64,000 nucleotides of DNA, from positions 21,428 through 85,427 of the IMG/VR virus record IMGVR_UViG_3300022555_000032. One strand, 5' to 3'. Positions 9,696-18,871 of the stretch are shown here, piece after piece. A program made the position numbers and the translations under genes. The notes beneath the pieces were generated by a model. It was not told where the DNA came from. It did not search any database and was given only the letters and a program-made list of their open reading frames with translations. Source of the stretch: a virus. Taxonomy: Duplodnaviria > Caudoviricetes. Numbering within the stretch: the first letter of the stretch is position 1; the number at the start of each line of letters is the position of its first letter.

Positions 9696-9992
9696 TTATT
9701 TTTCAACATTTTCACTTTCCTCAAAGACAAATATCTGATTAAGTAATCCATCGATCCTTCCCTGGAGCCAGGTAGTAATCTGAACAACCGTATCTAATTG
9801 ATCTTTTAAGGCGTTAAGTTGCTTTATTTCATCTGAAGGTAGTATCATGCCACTATCTCTTTTTCTGCTTAATGTAGCATATCCAGATTCGATCTCAGCA
9901 CCAATGCCAAGGTAGTATTCAAGGATAGCTATTTCATCGGCTAAGGATAGTTTTGATAGGATCTCAAAGTTTGGTTTAAGGATTTTGCTCAT
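9696..9992 (-). CDS. Hypothetical protein
   Basis: ORF in operon. Confidence 0.7.
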   Translation of the reverse strand: MSKILKPNFEILSKLSLADEIAILEYYLGIGAEIESGYATLSRKRDSGMILPSDEIKQLNALKDQLDTVVQITTWLQGRIDGLLNQIFVFEESENVEK

Positions 9993-10257
9993 GTTCTGGT
10001 TCTTTAAAGTAGGTAGTATGTTTAGATTTGAATTCCTCTAACTGAGACTGAACTAATAGAAATTCATTAGTCATATCTACTGATTGGTGAGTAATAATAT
10101 TAACAGCAAGGAGATTGGCTCTGAATATCCAATGAAATTTAACGTCTGGTCCATTAGAAATAAGTAATTGTTCCATACGGATCAGATATGGAAGAAGGTC
10201 ATCTTTTAAAACAGGTTTAATAAAGTCTTGATCGCTTTCTATTGGATCTATGTTCAT
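9976..10257 (-). CDS. Hypothetical protein
   Basis: ORF in operon. Confidence 0.7.
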   Translation of the reverse strand: MNIDPIESDQDFIKPVLKDDLLPYLIRMEQLLISNGPDVKFHWIFRANLLAVNIITHQSVDMTNEFLLVQSQLEEFKSKHTTYFKEPEHEQNP

Positions 10258-10469
10258 AATAATGATTCTTCGGTATATTTCTTACATTCTTTTTCCATGA
10301 AACCTAATCCATTATTTATTCTATTCATGTCTTTGAAAGATTTGGATATGTTTTCATTAAATAAATGTATTTTAACAATTGGTCTACGTTCTCTATCAGA
10401 TAAAGGAAAATCAAACTTTAGAATAACTCCGGTTCCGAATGGAGTAACTACTGTATCTCCTACTTTCAT
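10254..10469 (-). CDS. Hypothetical protein (SH3/KOW-like start)
   Basis: MKVGDTVVTPFGTGVI. Confidence 0.7.
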   Translation of the reverse strand: MKVGDTVVTPFGTGVILKFDFPLSDRERRPIVKIHLFNENISKSFKDMNRINNGLGFMEKECKKYTEESLL

Positions 10470-10639
10470 CCTCCATCGATATTAAAGTTAGATTCTACAT
10501 ATTGTTCTTTTGTAGGTAATGGACAATCATCCGGAATAGAATTAAGATCAATTCTTCTGTTTAATAGGAAGCAATCACCTAATTCCTGATCACAATTTCC
10601 ACAATCATGGCAACATGTAATTTCAAGTATCTTTATCAT
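10466..10639 (-). CDS. Cys-rich 57 aa microprotein (not in ORF track)
   Basis: Hand translation MIKILEITCCHDCGNCDQELGDCFLLNRRIDLNSIPDDCPLPTKEQYVESNFNIDGG; 4-nt overlaps at both ends. Confidence 0.7.
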   Translation of the reverse strand: MIKILEITCCHDCGNCDQELGDCFLLNRRIDLNSIPDDCPLPTKEQYVESNFNIDGG

Positions 10640-11328
10640 AATGCTCCGTTATCAGCAAAAGAATAGTATTCATCACCGCCTACAATTATATGATCTAATA
10701 CTGCACATTCAAGTAATACTCCACAATCTTTAACTCTCTTAGTTATGGTATGGTCAGCATCACTAGCCTGGATTGATTTTGAAGGATGATTATGTCCTAA
10801 TATCATTGAAGAAGCATGATTAGAGAGCGCCAGTTGAAAGATCTTCTTTGGATCAACTACCGTACCGGATACACCACCTTCGCTTATCTTAACCGTTCTA
10901 ATGACCTTATTTGCTCTATTCATAAGTATGCACCAGAACTCTTCATATTGAAGATCTGATAGTATTGGATGGAAGATATCAAAAGCATCTCTTGACTTGG
11001 TTATCTTACCCATTTCTAAAGCTTGGTTAAGAGATCTTCTCTTACCTAATTCAAAAGCAGATAGTAATGTAGTAGCTTTTTGAGTTGTTAATCCAAGGAA
11101 TTTAAGATCACCAATACTCATTTTAGCTATCCTATTAAAATCATTATTAGCTTCCTTTAGAATTGACTTGGATAACTCAAGGAGATTGTTATTACATGAT
11201 CCACCACCTATAATGATACATAGTAACTCAGCATCGCTTAAGGCATTTTTACCTTTAACAAGCATCTTATAGACTGGCTGATCTTCTTTCACCCAGTCTT
11301 TCATTGGAACTTGATCAGTGGAGATCAT
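10636..11328 (-). CDS. radC: RadC-family JAB/MPN protein
   Basis: MKDWVKEDQP..K...KG..ALSDAEL N-domain, EEFW, HNHPS..S..D, LDHIIVG; start moved to MISTDQ. Confidence 0.9.
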   Translation of the reverse strand: MISTDQVPMKDWVKEDQPVYKMLVKGKNALSDAELLCIIIGGGSCNNNLLELSKSILKEANNDFNRIAKMSIGDLKFLGLTTQKATTLLSAFELGKRRSLNQALEMGKITKSRDAFDIFHPILSDLQYEEFWCILMNRANKVIRTVKISEGGVSGTVVDPKKIFQLALSNHASSMILGHNHPSKSIQASDADHTITKRVKDCGVLLECAVLDHIIVGGDEYYSFADNGAL

Positions 11329-11560
11329 CTTCGATAATGACTTTAGTACAGATAATCTCTTTGTTACCCTTAATATGTTTAAGGAACCATTTTCCCTTAT
11401 GTTCTTCATTCATAAGGATTTCAGCTTCATTAATAGTGACAGGAGTATAATAGTATAATCCTCCTTTAATGAATTCAACAGCTAATGTTTGAGTAGGTTC
11501 ATCATAGCCTAACTTGCTTATTAACTGTGAGTATACTGGTATTAAATCAATCTTTACCAT
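11315..11560 (-). CDS. KTSC-domain protein
   Basis: S..I...GYD..TQTLAVEF.KGG.Y.Y..V.......KGKWF...IKG; start moved to MVKID. Confidence 0.85.
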   Translation of the reverse strand: MVKIDLIPVYSQLISKLGYDEPTQTLAVEFIKGGLYYYTPVTINEAEILMNEEHKGKWFLKHIKGNKEIICTKVIIEDDLH

Positions 11561-11702
11561 CGTTTTTCTTTTTAAGTGGACACCATGTTGGTTGACAAGA
11601 CACATTACCTATGACTTTCTTAGTCAATAAGCATTTACAATGATTTCCTCGGGTAGATAGATGTTCGCATATTTCACATCTGATTGGTTCGTCTTCGCTC
11701 AT
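11547..11702 (-). CDS. Cys-rich 51 aa microprotein (not in ORF track)
   Basis: Hand translation MSEDEPIRCEICEHLSTRGNHCKCLLTKKVIGNVSCQPTWCPLKKKNDGKD; fills the intergenic gap. Confidence 0.7.
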   Translation of the reverse strand: MSEDEPIRCEICEHLSTRGNHCKCLLTKKVIGNVSCQPTWCPLKKKNDGKD

Positions 11703-11944
11703 ATCATTATTACCTTTTTATCTTTAAGAAGTTCAACAGATTCAGATAATGCAACTTCGTCAATAGATCCATTAAGATTGATACATTGCCATCTGAGATG
11801 CATAACTATTACTTCTTTCCTTATCATCTTTTTTAAAGGAAAGTCTGATAGTCCACAGCCGGATAAAGGAGAAATGTCAATGTCTGGATAGGAGATGTTC
11901 TTCCTGATCTCATCAACTACTTGTTTAATTTCAGTTTTATTCAT
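11699..11944 (-). CDS. Hypothetical protein
   Basis: ORF in operon. Confidence 0.7.
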   Translation of the reverse strand: MNKTEIKQVVDEIRKNISYPDIDISPLSGCGLSDFPLKKMIRKEVIVMHLRWQCINLNGSIDEVALSESVELLKDKKVIMI

Positions 11945-12209
11945 TGAATCCGTTTATGTTATCGTAAATAAGAGTTCCGTCATCATTATAAACTTCCATG
12001 GTAGATTGACCATCATTTTCTTCAATAGTCATTTGTTCTTCTGTTTCTACCTGAAATTCATAACTAAGATTAATATTTGGTAAATGATCATAAATATCAT
12101 TAGAAGAAGTTATCTTATCTTCTAAAATTAAATCAAGAAGTTTTTCCCCATCAGCTATATCTGATATCTGAACTTTCTCCCAACATGTTACCTTAAAATT
12201 AGCGTACAT
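11937..12209 (-). CDS. Hypothetical protein
   Basis: Acidic ORF in operon. Confidence 0.7.
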   Translation of the reverse strand: MYANFKVTCWEKVQISDIADGEKLLDLILEDKITSSNDIYDHLPNINLSYEFQVETEEQMTIEENDGQSTMEVYNDDGTLIYDNINGFNE

Positions 12210-12361
12210 ATCTCTTGATTAAGTATTTATTAAACTGTTTTAATTGTATACATGCATTACCATGTCTGAAGTAGGTACAATATAGTCTTAACCGAATCAA
12301 CTTACGTTGTTCATCATCTTGCATTTTAGACCATATGTGAGTGTCGATGTGCTTATGTATC

Positions 12362-13261
12362 CTATTCCTCTGTTGGAAGGAGATCGTCTGTCGTAGGTTC
12401 CTTATCTTGCTTATTAAGGTATGTTTCCAAGTCATAGTCATCTGATGTATGGAAGATTTCATCAACAAGGTTTGAAAGATAGTTCTGATTAACCTCAGTA
12501 ATCTTACCTGAAGCTAAATCAGCCTGAATACGATCAATCATTGCATTGAAGTAATGAATATCAACACCTATGAGTTGATCATACATGATTTTAGGATTCT
12601 TAAGATCAAGAGCATTAAGCTGAAAAGCCATCTTAAAGATATCGCCAGCGCTTATTGTCCATCCTCTGGTCAAGAACTTCCTTAATCTAAAGAATGATGC
12701 TAAAGGATATAAGGAACCTACATAGCGTAATTCTTTAGCAAGGATAGCTTCCATTGAATCGGGATTAAGTCTCAGTTTACCATCTTTCGATAACCAGTAG
12801 GACTTAACATGAACAAAGTCATAGTTCTTATGGATTTCTTCTGCAGGTCCATAGAACCGGATGATAAGCTGAACCTGATTAGTTAAAGAGATAGCATTAT
12901 CTGTTATTACAGCTGGATAGAACTTCTTTCCTTTGTAACAAGGTCTCTTTATACCATCTGATTTAATCTGAAAACGGATTCTTCCATCTGGATCCTCGAC
13001 AATCTTTGTATTATTCATCCAGGTCTCATTCTCCTTGAGTAGTAATGAACGATAATAATTACATACCGCTAAGACTGTTTCTTTATTGGTAAAATAGATA
13101 TCAAAGTCATTAACCTCTTCGTTAAGGACTAGTGATACTATTGCCCCACCAGTAATGATAGAATTGTCTTTTACTAATTGCCTTACCTTTTCATCTGTTA
13201 TTGATTTAAGGAATAAGGCAAACTGACCTCTGAGGATCTTTTCACACGTTATAGCTTTCAT
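12362..13261 (-). CDS. Pol-beta superfamily nucleotidyltransferase (phage type)
   Basis: ITGGAIVSL...VNDFDIYF (GG + DxD), YDFVH, LRY..S.YPL.S..RLRKF..RGW. Confidence 0.75.
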   Translation of the reverse strand: MKAITCEKILRGQFALFLKSITDEKVRQLVKDNSIITGGAIVSLVLNEEVNDFDIYFTNKETVLAVCNYYRSLLLKENETWMNNTKIVEDPDGRIRFQIKSDGIKRPCYKGKKFYPAVITDNAISLTNQVQLIIRFYGPAEEIHKNYDFVHVKSYWLSKDGKLRLNPDSMEAILAKELRYVGSLYPLASFFRLRKFLTRGWTISAGDIFKMAFQLNALDLKNPKIMYDQLIGVDIHYFNAMIDRIQADLASGKITEVNQNYLSNLVDEIFHTSDDYDLETYLNKQDKEPTTDDLLPTEE

Positions 13262-14544
13262 ATTGTTTTTGCTAATTGTTTAATTACTTTCTTATTGCTA
13301 TTGACTAGTCTTACAATCTCTTTATGATATGGGGAATCATCATTATTTAATCCTCTTGCCTGAACAACTTTCATTTCCGATAAAGAGAATTCTATTGTTT
13401 CTAATCTCTGGTTATCTTTCCTTGCCGATAGTATTAATGAGTCTTCATCAGCATAGTATTCATTGCTAAATACGCAATGATTAAGGCTATCTCCTTCTAT
13501 TACAAACTCATTAACATCTTTTAGAACTACTACTGAGAAATTATCATTAGAGAACTGAAGAGGGAAGAACTTACTTTTAGATTGTTGATAAAGGATATTG
13601 GCTTCTGCTATCTTAGCTTTTAGTTTAGCAATACCTTCTTTTCTTCTTCTTTCATTACTCTTTCTGATATATCTCTGGTGTTCTAATTTGAGATCAACAG
13701 GACAGATGAACTTAGGGTTGTAGATGTCCTTTTCAAACGATATGAGCATGTCTATCTGATCAAGCCACGTAGCTACATCTTTAACAAGATAGTTGTTCCT
13801 GATGCATATTCTGATTTGAGGCCAGTACTCTTTGATCTTTTGATTATACCTATGATATTCACTAAGAAGATTAAACTGACCAGTCTTGATCAATGTCTCT
13901 GTTTTTGATTCGGATAGGATTATAGAGAATAGATAAGCCGGATGAAGCTGATGAAAACTATACTTAAAACCATTTCGTCTTAAAGTCTTAAGATAGCGTT
14001 TGCCTGGACAAATATCCTTTCCATAGGTATAATATTTGTCTTTAATGTTCCGAATCTCCATGTCAGATCCCCAAATCCATTTGTCTCCATATCCAAAAGC
14101 ATTATCCTTTACGGCTCTTACTACACTTAATCCATCTTCTCTTATCCAGTGCTGAATGACCTCCATGGAACTATATACAGCCTTCTTACCAGCATAACAG
14201 CGCTGATGAATCCAAACAATCCTTACTATCTGATAGTTCTTATGAGTAGACATATAGAAATAATACTCTTTATCGAACTTATGCCTTATACGTCCTTCTA
14301 AGACCTTTAGGTCGCATCCACACTTAGGACAAGTAAATCCACCTACTTTAACTAGAAGTGATCCCTTAACGTCTGAATTAGGCCATTTATGACCACATTC
14401 TAAGCAAATAACTTCATGCTTTGTCTTATAAGCATATTTCTTAAAGAGATTCTTTCTGGCCCAGGGAAGAGATGATTTGATAATTGGAGAAAGAGACTTA
14501 GATAGATGATCGACTTCAATCTGAATCTTTGTCTTTGGTTTCAT
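13258..14544 (-). CDS. pcfJ: PcfJ-like protein
   Basis: Zn ribbon CLECG/CPKCG; C-terminal EG..LNHCV...Y...SLILSAR....ETIE....VVQARG..N PcfJ domain. Confidence 0.85.
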   Translation of the reverse strand: MKPKTKIQIEVDHLSKSLSPIIKSSLPWARKNLFKKYAYKTKHEVICLECGHKWPNSDVKGSLLVKVGGFTCPKCGCDLKVLEGRIRHKFDKEYYFYMSTHKNYQIVRIVWIHQRCYAGKKAVYSSMEVIQHWIREDGLSVVRAVKDNAFGYGDKWIWGSDMEIRNIKDKYYTYGKDICPGKRYLKTLRRNGFKYSFHQLHPAYLFSIILSESKTETLIKTGQFNLLSEYHRYNQKIKEYWPQIRICIRNNYLVKDVATWLDQIDMLISFEKDIYNPKFICPVDLKLEHQRYIRKSNERRRKEGIAKLKAKIAEANILYQQSKSKFFPLQFSNDNFSVVVLKDVNEFVIEGDSLNHCVFSNEYYADEDSLILSARKDNQRLETIEFSLSEMKVVQARGLNNDDSPYHKEIVRLVNSNKKVIKQLAKTI

Positions 14545-14758
14545 TAGAAATTTTCTTTACTTCTTCAATGAAGGCTCTACAATGACGACCATCTTTAGTC
14601 TTTCCGTATAAGAAATAGTTAAACTGTGTTCCTACTTTTCTTACACATGAAGGAAAATCCCGTATGATGAATCTTTCACCTGTCTTTACAAGATTTTCTC
14701 CTTTATAATCTTTAGTTAATTCTAATGTTTCACCTATGCAAAATCCTGGATCTTTCAT
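14516..14758 (-). CDS. Hypothetical protein
   Basis: ORF between pcfK-like and pcfJ. Confidence 0.7.
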   Translation of the reverse strand: MKDPGFCIGETLELTKDYKGENLVKTGERFIIRDFPSCVRKVGTQFNYFLYGKTKDGRHCRAFIEEVKKISNETKDKDSD

Positions 14759-15177
14759 TAGAACAAACTTAATTCTTCTGTTTTAGCAACTTCTTTCTTA
14801 GCTGGAATAATAGTAGGTGCCTGTTTCTTTCGCATAGAGGCCATAGCATCATCCTGGACCTTTTGGATAGCTTCTTTACGTGCTTTGTCTTTCTCTTCTT
14901 GAGTAAGCTCAACGGTATGATTAACCACTACTGTAGCATCAATAGCCTTTCCTATATCGATGATCTCTTCGTCATAGTAGTGTACTGCCATTGAATAGAC
15001 TTCTGCATCTGTAAAGCCATTAATACCGCTTTTCTGAACAGTATTTAAGATATAAGTACAACAGTCTTCAATGTTCTTCTTATCGTTCTTAAACTTGACT
15101 GCAAAGAGTTCATCCTGTTCTGCTTTTACTTCAAGATGTTTCTGTATTGCTGCTTTGAAAAAATCAGATCTTTTCAT
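14758..15177 (-). CDS. acrIIA9: PcfK / AcrIIA9-family protein (candidate Cas9 inhibitor)
   Basis: DELFA...KNIEDCCTYILN.V.KSG..GFTD.EVYSMAVHYYDE..IDIG.....VVVNH.VELT.EEK..AR matches recalled PcfK/AcrIIA9 pattern; next to pcfJ. Confidence 0.75.
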   Translation of the reverse strand: MKRSDFFKAAIQKHLEVKAEQDELFAVKFKNDKKNIEDCCTYILNTVQKSGINGFTDAEVYSMAVHYYDEEIIDIGKAIDATVVVNHTVELTQEEKDKARKEAIQKVQDDAMASMRKKQAPTIIPAKKEVAKTEELSLF

Positions 15178-15448
15178 TTAAATGAGCATTTAAATAATCA
15201 AATGAAAGTTGTTCGAATTTAAGTTTTGTATAAAAATATGCTTTAACACCACCTATTTCAATAGAAAAAGAATCTAATGGAGTTAATTTCTGATCCATAG
15301 AAATTTTCCAAACTGGTATAGGCTTATATACTGTCCTTGATATGAATTCAAGTTCATAAAATCTATCGTATTCACATTCTATTACAATTACAGAATGTTT
15401 ATACTTAGGTTCGTCAAGATATGCTAATATCTTAAATAATTTATCCAT
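15164..15448 (-). CDS. Hypothetical protein
   Basis: ORF in operon. Confidence 0.65.
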   Translation of the reverse strand: MDKLFKILAYLDEPKYKHSVIVIECEYDRFYELEFISRTVYKPIPVWKISMDQKLTPLDSFSIEIGGVKAYFYTKLKFEQLSFDYLNAHLNEKI

Positions 15449-15691
15449 CTAAAATGCTTTATAAGGGTAAGGATTGTTCAAAATGTAAAACTCTAAGGCT
15501 TTTTGTGCTGTTTCGCTAGCTTTAATAAGCTGTATTATTAAGTCATAAGGATCCTGTCCTTGTGCTAAGGCGGTTACAACAGTATGAAATAGAGCCGATG
15601 TCTTATACATTTCTTCTTTTTGATCGACTGGAAACTTATCAATAGTCTCCTGGACTTTTATAAACCATTCTTCTTTATTCATTTTTTCCAT
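15449..15691 (-). CDS. Hypothetical protein
   Basis: ORF in operon. Confidence 0.7.
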   Translation of the reverse strand: MEKMNKEEWFIKVQETIDKFPVDQKEEMYKTSALFHTVVTALAQGQDPYDLIIQLIKASETAQKALEFYILNNPYPYKAF

Positions 15692-15897
15692 TCATTATAT
15701 CCTACTTCAAAAGCAATAGGATCAAGTTTTCGAATAATTGTACCATATTTATTTTGAAGTCCTTTCTTTAAAGCCCAATTCTTTTCTCTTGAAGTTTTAT
15801 CATTACCGGCCCAACAATGTTCTGTAAGATCTCTACATTGATGAAAGTCATATAATTGATTAAGATATTCTTCATAATCATTTTTTGTCTTTTCCAT
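15679..15897 (-). CDS. Hypothetical protein
   Basis: ORF; DPIAFEVGYNEW motif common in small phage proteins. Confidence 0.7.
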   Translation of the reverse strand: MEKTKNDYEEYLNQLYDFHQCRDLTEHCWAGNDKTSREKNWALKKGLQNKYGTIIRKLDPIAFEVGYNEWKK

Positions 15898-16090
15898 GTT
15901 TAACTTCTTTATCGTTTAATAATACCAATCTGTTTAAAGGAACTATTGCTTCAACTTTAGCCTTGGATTGACATAAAGCCTTATCTTTTTCCACCAATCT
16001 CATAATCCTTACTGGTATTCCTCTTGAATTAGTAACCTTATACCACTTTACAATAAGGTTAGGACTATTATTGACCTCTGGGTACCTCAT
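15878..16090 (-). CDS. Hypothetical protein
   Basis: ORF in operon. Confidence 0.6.
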   Translation of the reverse strand: MRYPEVNNSPNLIVKWYKVTNSRGIPVRIMRLVEKDKALCQSKAKVEAIVPLNRLVLLNDKEVKHGKDKK

Positions 16091-16322
16091 TGGTCTTAAT
16101 AAGTTTCATTAGGTCAAGTAATCGGATCATATAAGGCGCATAGACTTCATTACCAAGATTAGTCCTTACAGTTAGCACTCCGGCTTCAATACACTTCTTA
16201 GGATCGCTTATCTTAAGCCAGGGATAGAGTTGTATAGGTCCATCTGGAATGCCGTTAGACTTGAAGAAAGACTCTATCTCGTCAATCTTTGCTTTCCAGT
16301 GTGCCTTGGTTGGATTTGACAT
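16068..16322 (-). CDS. Hypothetical protein
   Basis: ORF in operon. Confidence 0.7.
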   Translation of the reverse strand: MSNPTKAHWKAKIDEIESFFKSNGIPDGPIQLYPWLKISDPKKCIEAGVLTVRTNLGNEVYAPYMIRLLDLMKLIKTNEVPRGQ

Positions 16323-16596
16323 CTTCCTTTAGTAATCTGTATTCAATAAATTGATAACCTACTCCTTCATGTTCCCAATTAGGATTCCTTGGTCTATACT
16401 TAAAGGTAACTCCATTGATTCTGCCTTGTAATAGAGAAGGATCATTAAGATTAAGGTCAATAGTTCTGATAAGGATAGACAAGCATACCCATTCCGAATG
16501 CTTATCATCATTAATGATTTGATTCTTAAACTTAGCTTTTAGCCATTCTCTAATAGCTGATTCATTCTTGCTATATTCTTTCTTCTTTCCTTTCAT
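16282..16596 (-). CDS. Hypothetical protein
   Basis: ORF in operon. Confidence 0.7.
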   Translation of the reverse strand: MKGKKKEYSKNESAIREWLKAKFKNQIINDDKHSEWVCLSILIRTIDLNLNDPSLLQGRINGVTFKYRPRNPNWEHEGVGYQFIEYRLLKEDVKSNQGTLESKD

Positions 16597-16793
16597 AAAG
16601 CATTATCTTTTAAGAATTTATTTTTACCATCAGTATCTACAAAAACAATCTTCTTAGCCTTACTAATGACATGATCAGTTGATTCTTGTTTAAAACACCA
16701 GATATTTACCTGATCGAATGTATGTTTTTTAGCACAACTAAGAAGATCGTCTCTTGAGAATGACAGAAATCTATTATCTGGATCCCAAATCAT
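16593..16793 (-). CDS. Hypothetical protein
   Basis: ORF with TAATG overlap. Confidence 0.65.
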   Translation of the reverse strand: MIWDPDNRFLSFSRDDLLSCAKKHTFDQVNIWCFKQESTDHVISKAKKIVFVDTDGKNKFLKDNAL

Positions 16794-17203
16794 TAGAAAA
16801 CAAATTGATTAAGCTTATAAAGATCAATCTCATTGTCTTCAATCATAGTTGCAAGCATATTCCTTGTACCTTCATCATCACCAAGATCCTTAATGATCTC
16901 CTTTTGCTTGATCTGGATAGTCTCATAGCCGACTATGATCTCCCTGAAGGCATTTTTAGGACCGTTAAGATCACTTCTGAACACATCTAAGGACTTTGTA
17001 TCAACCGTATAAGGATCGCCCATCCCAACGATTCTTTCAGCTATCTTATCAGCATTATCTTCTGCCTTTTGATAAATTGATTCAAAGAACTTATGAAGCT
17101 CAAGGAAGTTAGATGCTTTGATATTCCAATGAGCATTTCTGGTATTTAAAAAAAGATTCCAATAGAGATAACTAAGATCTCTCAATTTGTCAACTGTTGT
17201 CAT
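16793..17203 (-). CDS. dps: Dps/ferritin-like DNA-protecting protein
   Basis: NAHWNIK..NF.ELHKFFE.IY......D.IAERI..MG Dps signature. Confidence 0.9.
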   Translation of the reverse strand: MTTVDKLRDLSYLYWNLFLNTRNAHWNIKASNFLELHKFFESIYQKAEDNADKIAERIVGMGDPYTVDTKSLDVFRSDLNGPKNAFREIIVGYETIQIKQKEIIKDLGDDEGTRNMLATMIEDNEIDLYKLNQFVF

Positions 17204-17248
17204 TGTCTTTTATTTAATGGTTAATTCCTCGCCTGTGAGGGCGTAAAT

Positions 17249-18145
17249 TCATGCTTTCTGCGTTTTATCTGTTATAGGATCTTTCCAGCTAGCACAAGCA
17301 CCACCTAAAGACTTGTAAGCACAATAAACTTTCTTATTAAGCTTATTAGCGTATTCCTGAGCTATTTGTCCAATCCTTGTATGGTCACCAGGTGTCCATT
17401 GTAAGTCTTGATGAAGAACATCTGAGAATGCATAATCATTTAATTTAAGACTTCTTCTATTAAGAGCAACAATACCTATAGTCATTGATTCTTTTCTTAA
17501 GTCTATACCAGTATCGCTAAATAATGAATCTGAGTTAGAGTGCCAAGGACCCTTCAAAGATACAGATTCTCCATTTTCAAGAGGCCAGGTTAATGTTGCT
17601 CCACCATAGCCTTGAAATTCTCTGTAGTTAGGATCCTGTTCTATTTTCTCTGCTTCTACATGGATATCGCTTGCCTTACTGTTGCCATTAACCGGAATGA
17701 TCCATCTCTTACCACTTTTGCCAATAACAACCTTATAAAGTATCTTTTCATCACTTCTTTCATAAGAAGGTCCATGGAGTGAGAACAGAACTTCTCCTTC
17801 TAAGAGTTCATCTTTTTTTGTTTCTTTCTTAACTGGTCTTTCAGGAAAGGAAGGAACATCACAAATGATATTACAGATAGGAAGGTTAGATATCATGTTA
17901 TACCGAATGCTTCTGATAGGCTCTGATATCACTTCAGCTTCATACAAAGTCTTAAGCAGACCTGGACATTTATATTCTGGTATGGCTGTCTCTAATGGCT
18001 TTAAATCAACATCTGGAATGTTTACAGTAGCATCACAGTAGGGTTCACCATCCGACATATAAAGACGTATAGCTATTCTATCATTATTCTCATACTGATT
18101 AAATTGGATAGTAAGCTCATTACCATCATGGATTATCTTTTTCAT
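17249..18145 (-). CDS. Two-domain hypothetical protein (N-terminus DUF4313-like)
   Basis: Y.NN.RIAIRL...DGEPY.DATVN pattern. Confidence 0.5.
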   Translation of the reverse strand: MKKIIHDGNELTIQFNQYENNDRIAIRLYMSDGEPYCDATVNIPDVDLKPLETAIPEYKCPGLLKTLYEAEVISEPIRSIRYNMISNLPICNIICDVPSFPERPVKKETKKDELLEGEVLFSLHGPSYERSDEKILYKVVIGKSGKRWIIPVNGNSKASDIHVEAEKIEQDPNYREFQGYGGATLTWPLENGESVSLKGPWHSNSDSLFSDTGIDLRKESMTIGIVALNRRSLKLNDYAFSDVLHQDLQWTPGDHTRIGQIAQEYANKLNKKVYCAYKSLGGACASWKDPITDKTQKA

Positions 18146-18384
18146 TATAAAATAAGTTTAAATACTGAACGAACTCTTTTGTTACCATCATCATCCATTG
18201 TCCACATACAATCATCACCAACAGGTATGATATAAGTATACATCTCTCCATGAATGATAAGTCCTACTGAATAGCCAATTCTCCCGAATCTGTATCCAAA
18301 ATAAAGCTCTTGCTTTTTAACTTCTACAGACCCGGGATGAAACTTCTTAGGATCCTTCTGACTCAGATACTCCTGGAAGGTCAT
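18145..18384 (-). CDS. Hypothetical protein
   Basis: Start moved to MTFQEYL to reduce overlap. Confidence 0.6.
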   Translation of the reverse strand: MTFQEYLSQKDPKKFHPGSVEVKKQELYFGYRFGRIGYSVGLIIHGEMYTYIIPVGDDCMWTMDDDGNKRVRSVFKLIL

Positions 18385-18712
18385 GTTTGTCTTTTTTAAA
18401 GAAACTCTTATGAATAGGAATCTCGATATGGATGAAGTTGGTATTATCATCGATATTGCCAGCATTGAAACGTCCTTCAAATTCAGAAAGAGTATAGACA
18501 GTAGAATTCTTAATCGCCAGTTCCATGAGTTTATTAACCGCATCTGGATGATACATATTATCAATCTTTTCATCTAAGACATCAGCTACTTCAGCAACAT
18601 AGATCTTTATATCGTTCTTGATAAAATTCTCTACAAGCTTATGTGTCTCTTTGCGTGTTAGATTGTCGAAGTTATCATGGATATAATCCACTATTACATT
18701 GATTGTGTTCAT
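18347..18712 (-). CDS. Hypothetical protein
   Basis: ORF in operon. Confidence 0.7.
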   Translation of the reverse strand: MNTINVIVDYIHDNFDNLTRKETHKLVENFIKNDIKIYVAEVADVLDEKIDNMYHPDAVNKLMELAIKNSTVYTLSEFEGRFNAGNIDDNTNFIHIEIPIHKSFFKKDKHDLPGVSESEGS

Positions 18713-18867
18713 TCTTCTTCAATTTTAGCGATTAATATTGAGTCTTCATGTTCAAATCCGATAAAGAAAGGATCTTCTAGTATATCATCAATAAGATTCT
18801 TTAATGATCGTGCTATCTGATCCTTTGTACCAGAACCAGTGATAGTAACCGTATATTCTTTTTCCAT
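18709..18867 (-). CDS. 52 aa hypothetical protein (not in ORF track)
   Basis: MEKEYTVTITGSGTKDQIARSLKNLIDD...; ATGA overlap downstream. Confidence 0.65.
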   Translation of the reverse strand: MEKEYTVTITGSGTKDQIARSLKNLIDDILEDPFFIGFEHEDSILIAKIEEE

Positions 18868-18871
18868 AGGA

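Noticed and set aside
12199-12468. 89 aa ORF from the track
   Set aside because: 5' part overlaps the nucleotidyltransferase in another frame; at most a 41 aa peptide from 12324, unsupported
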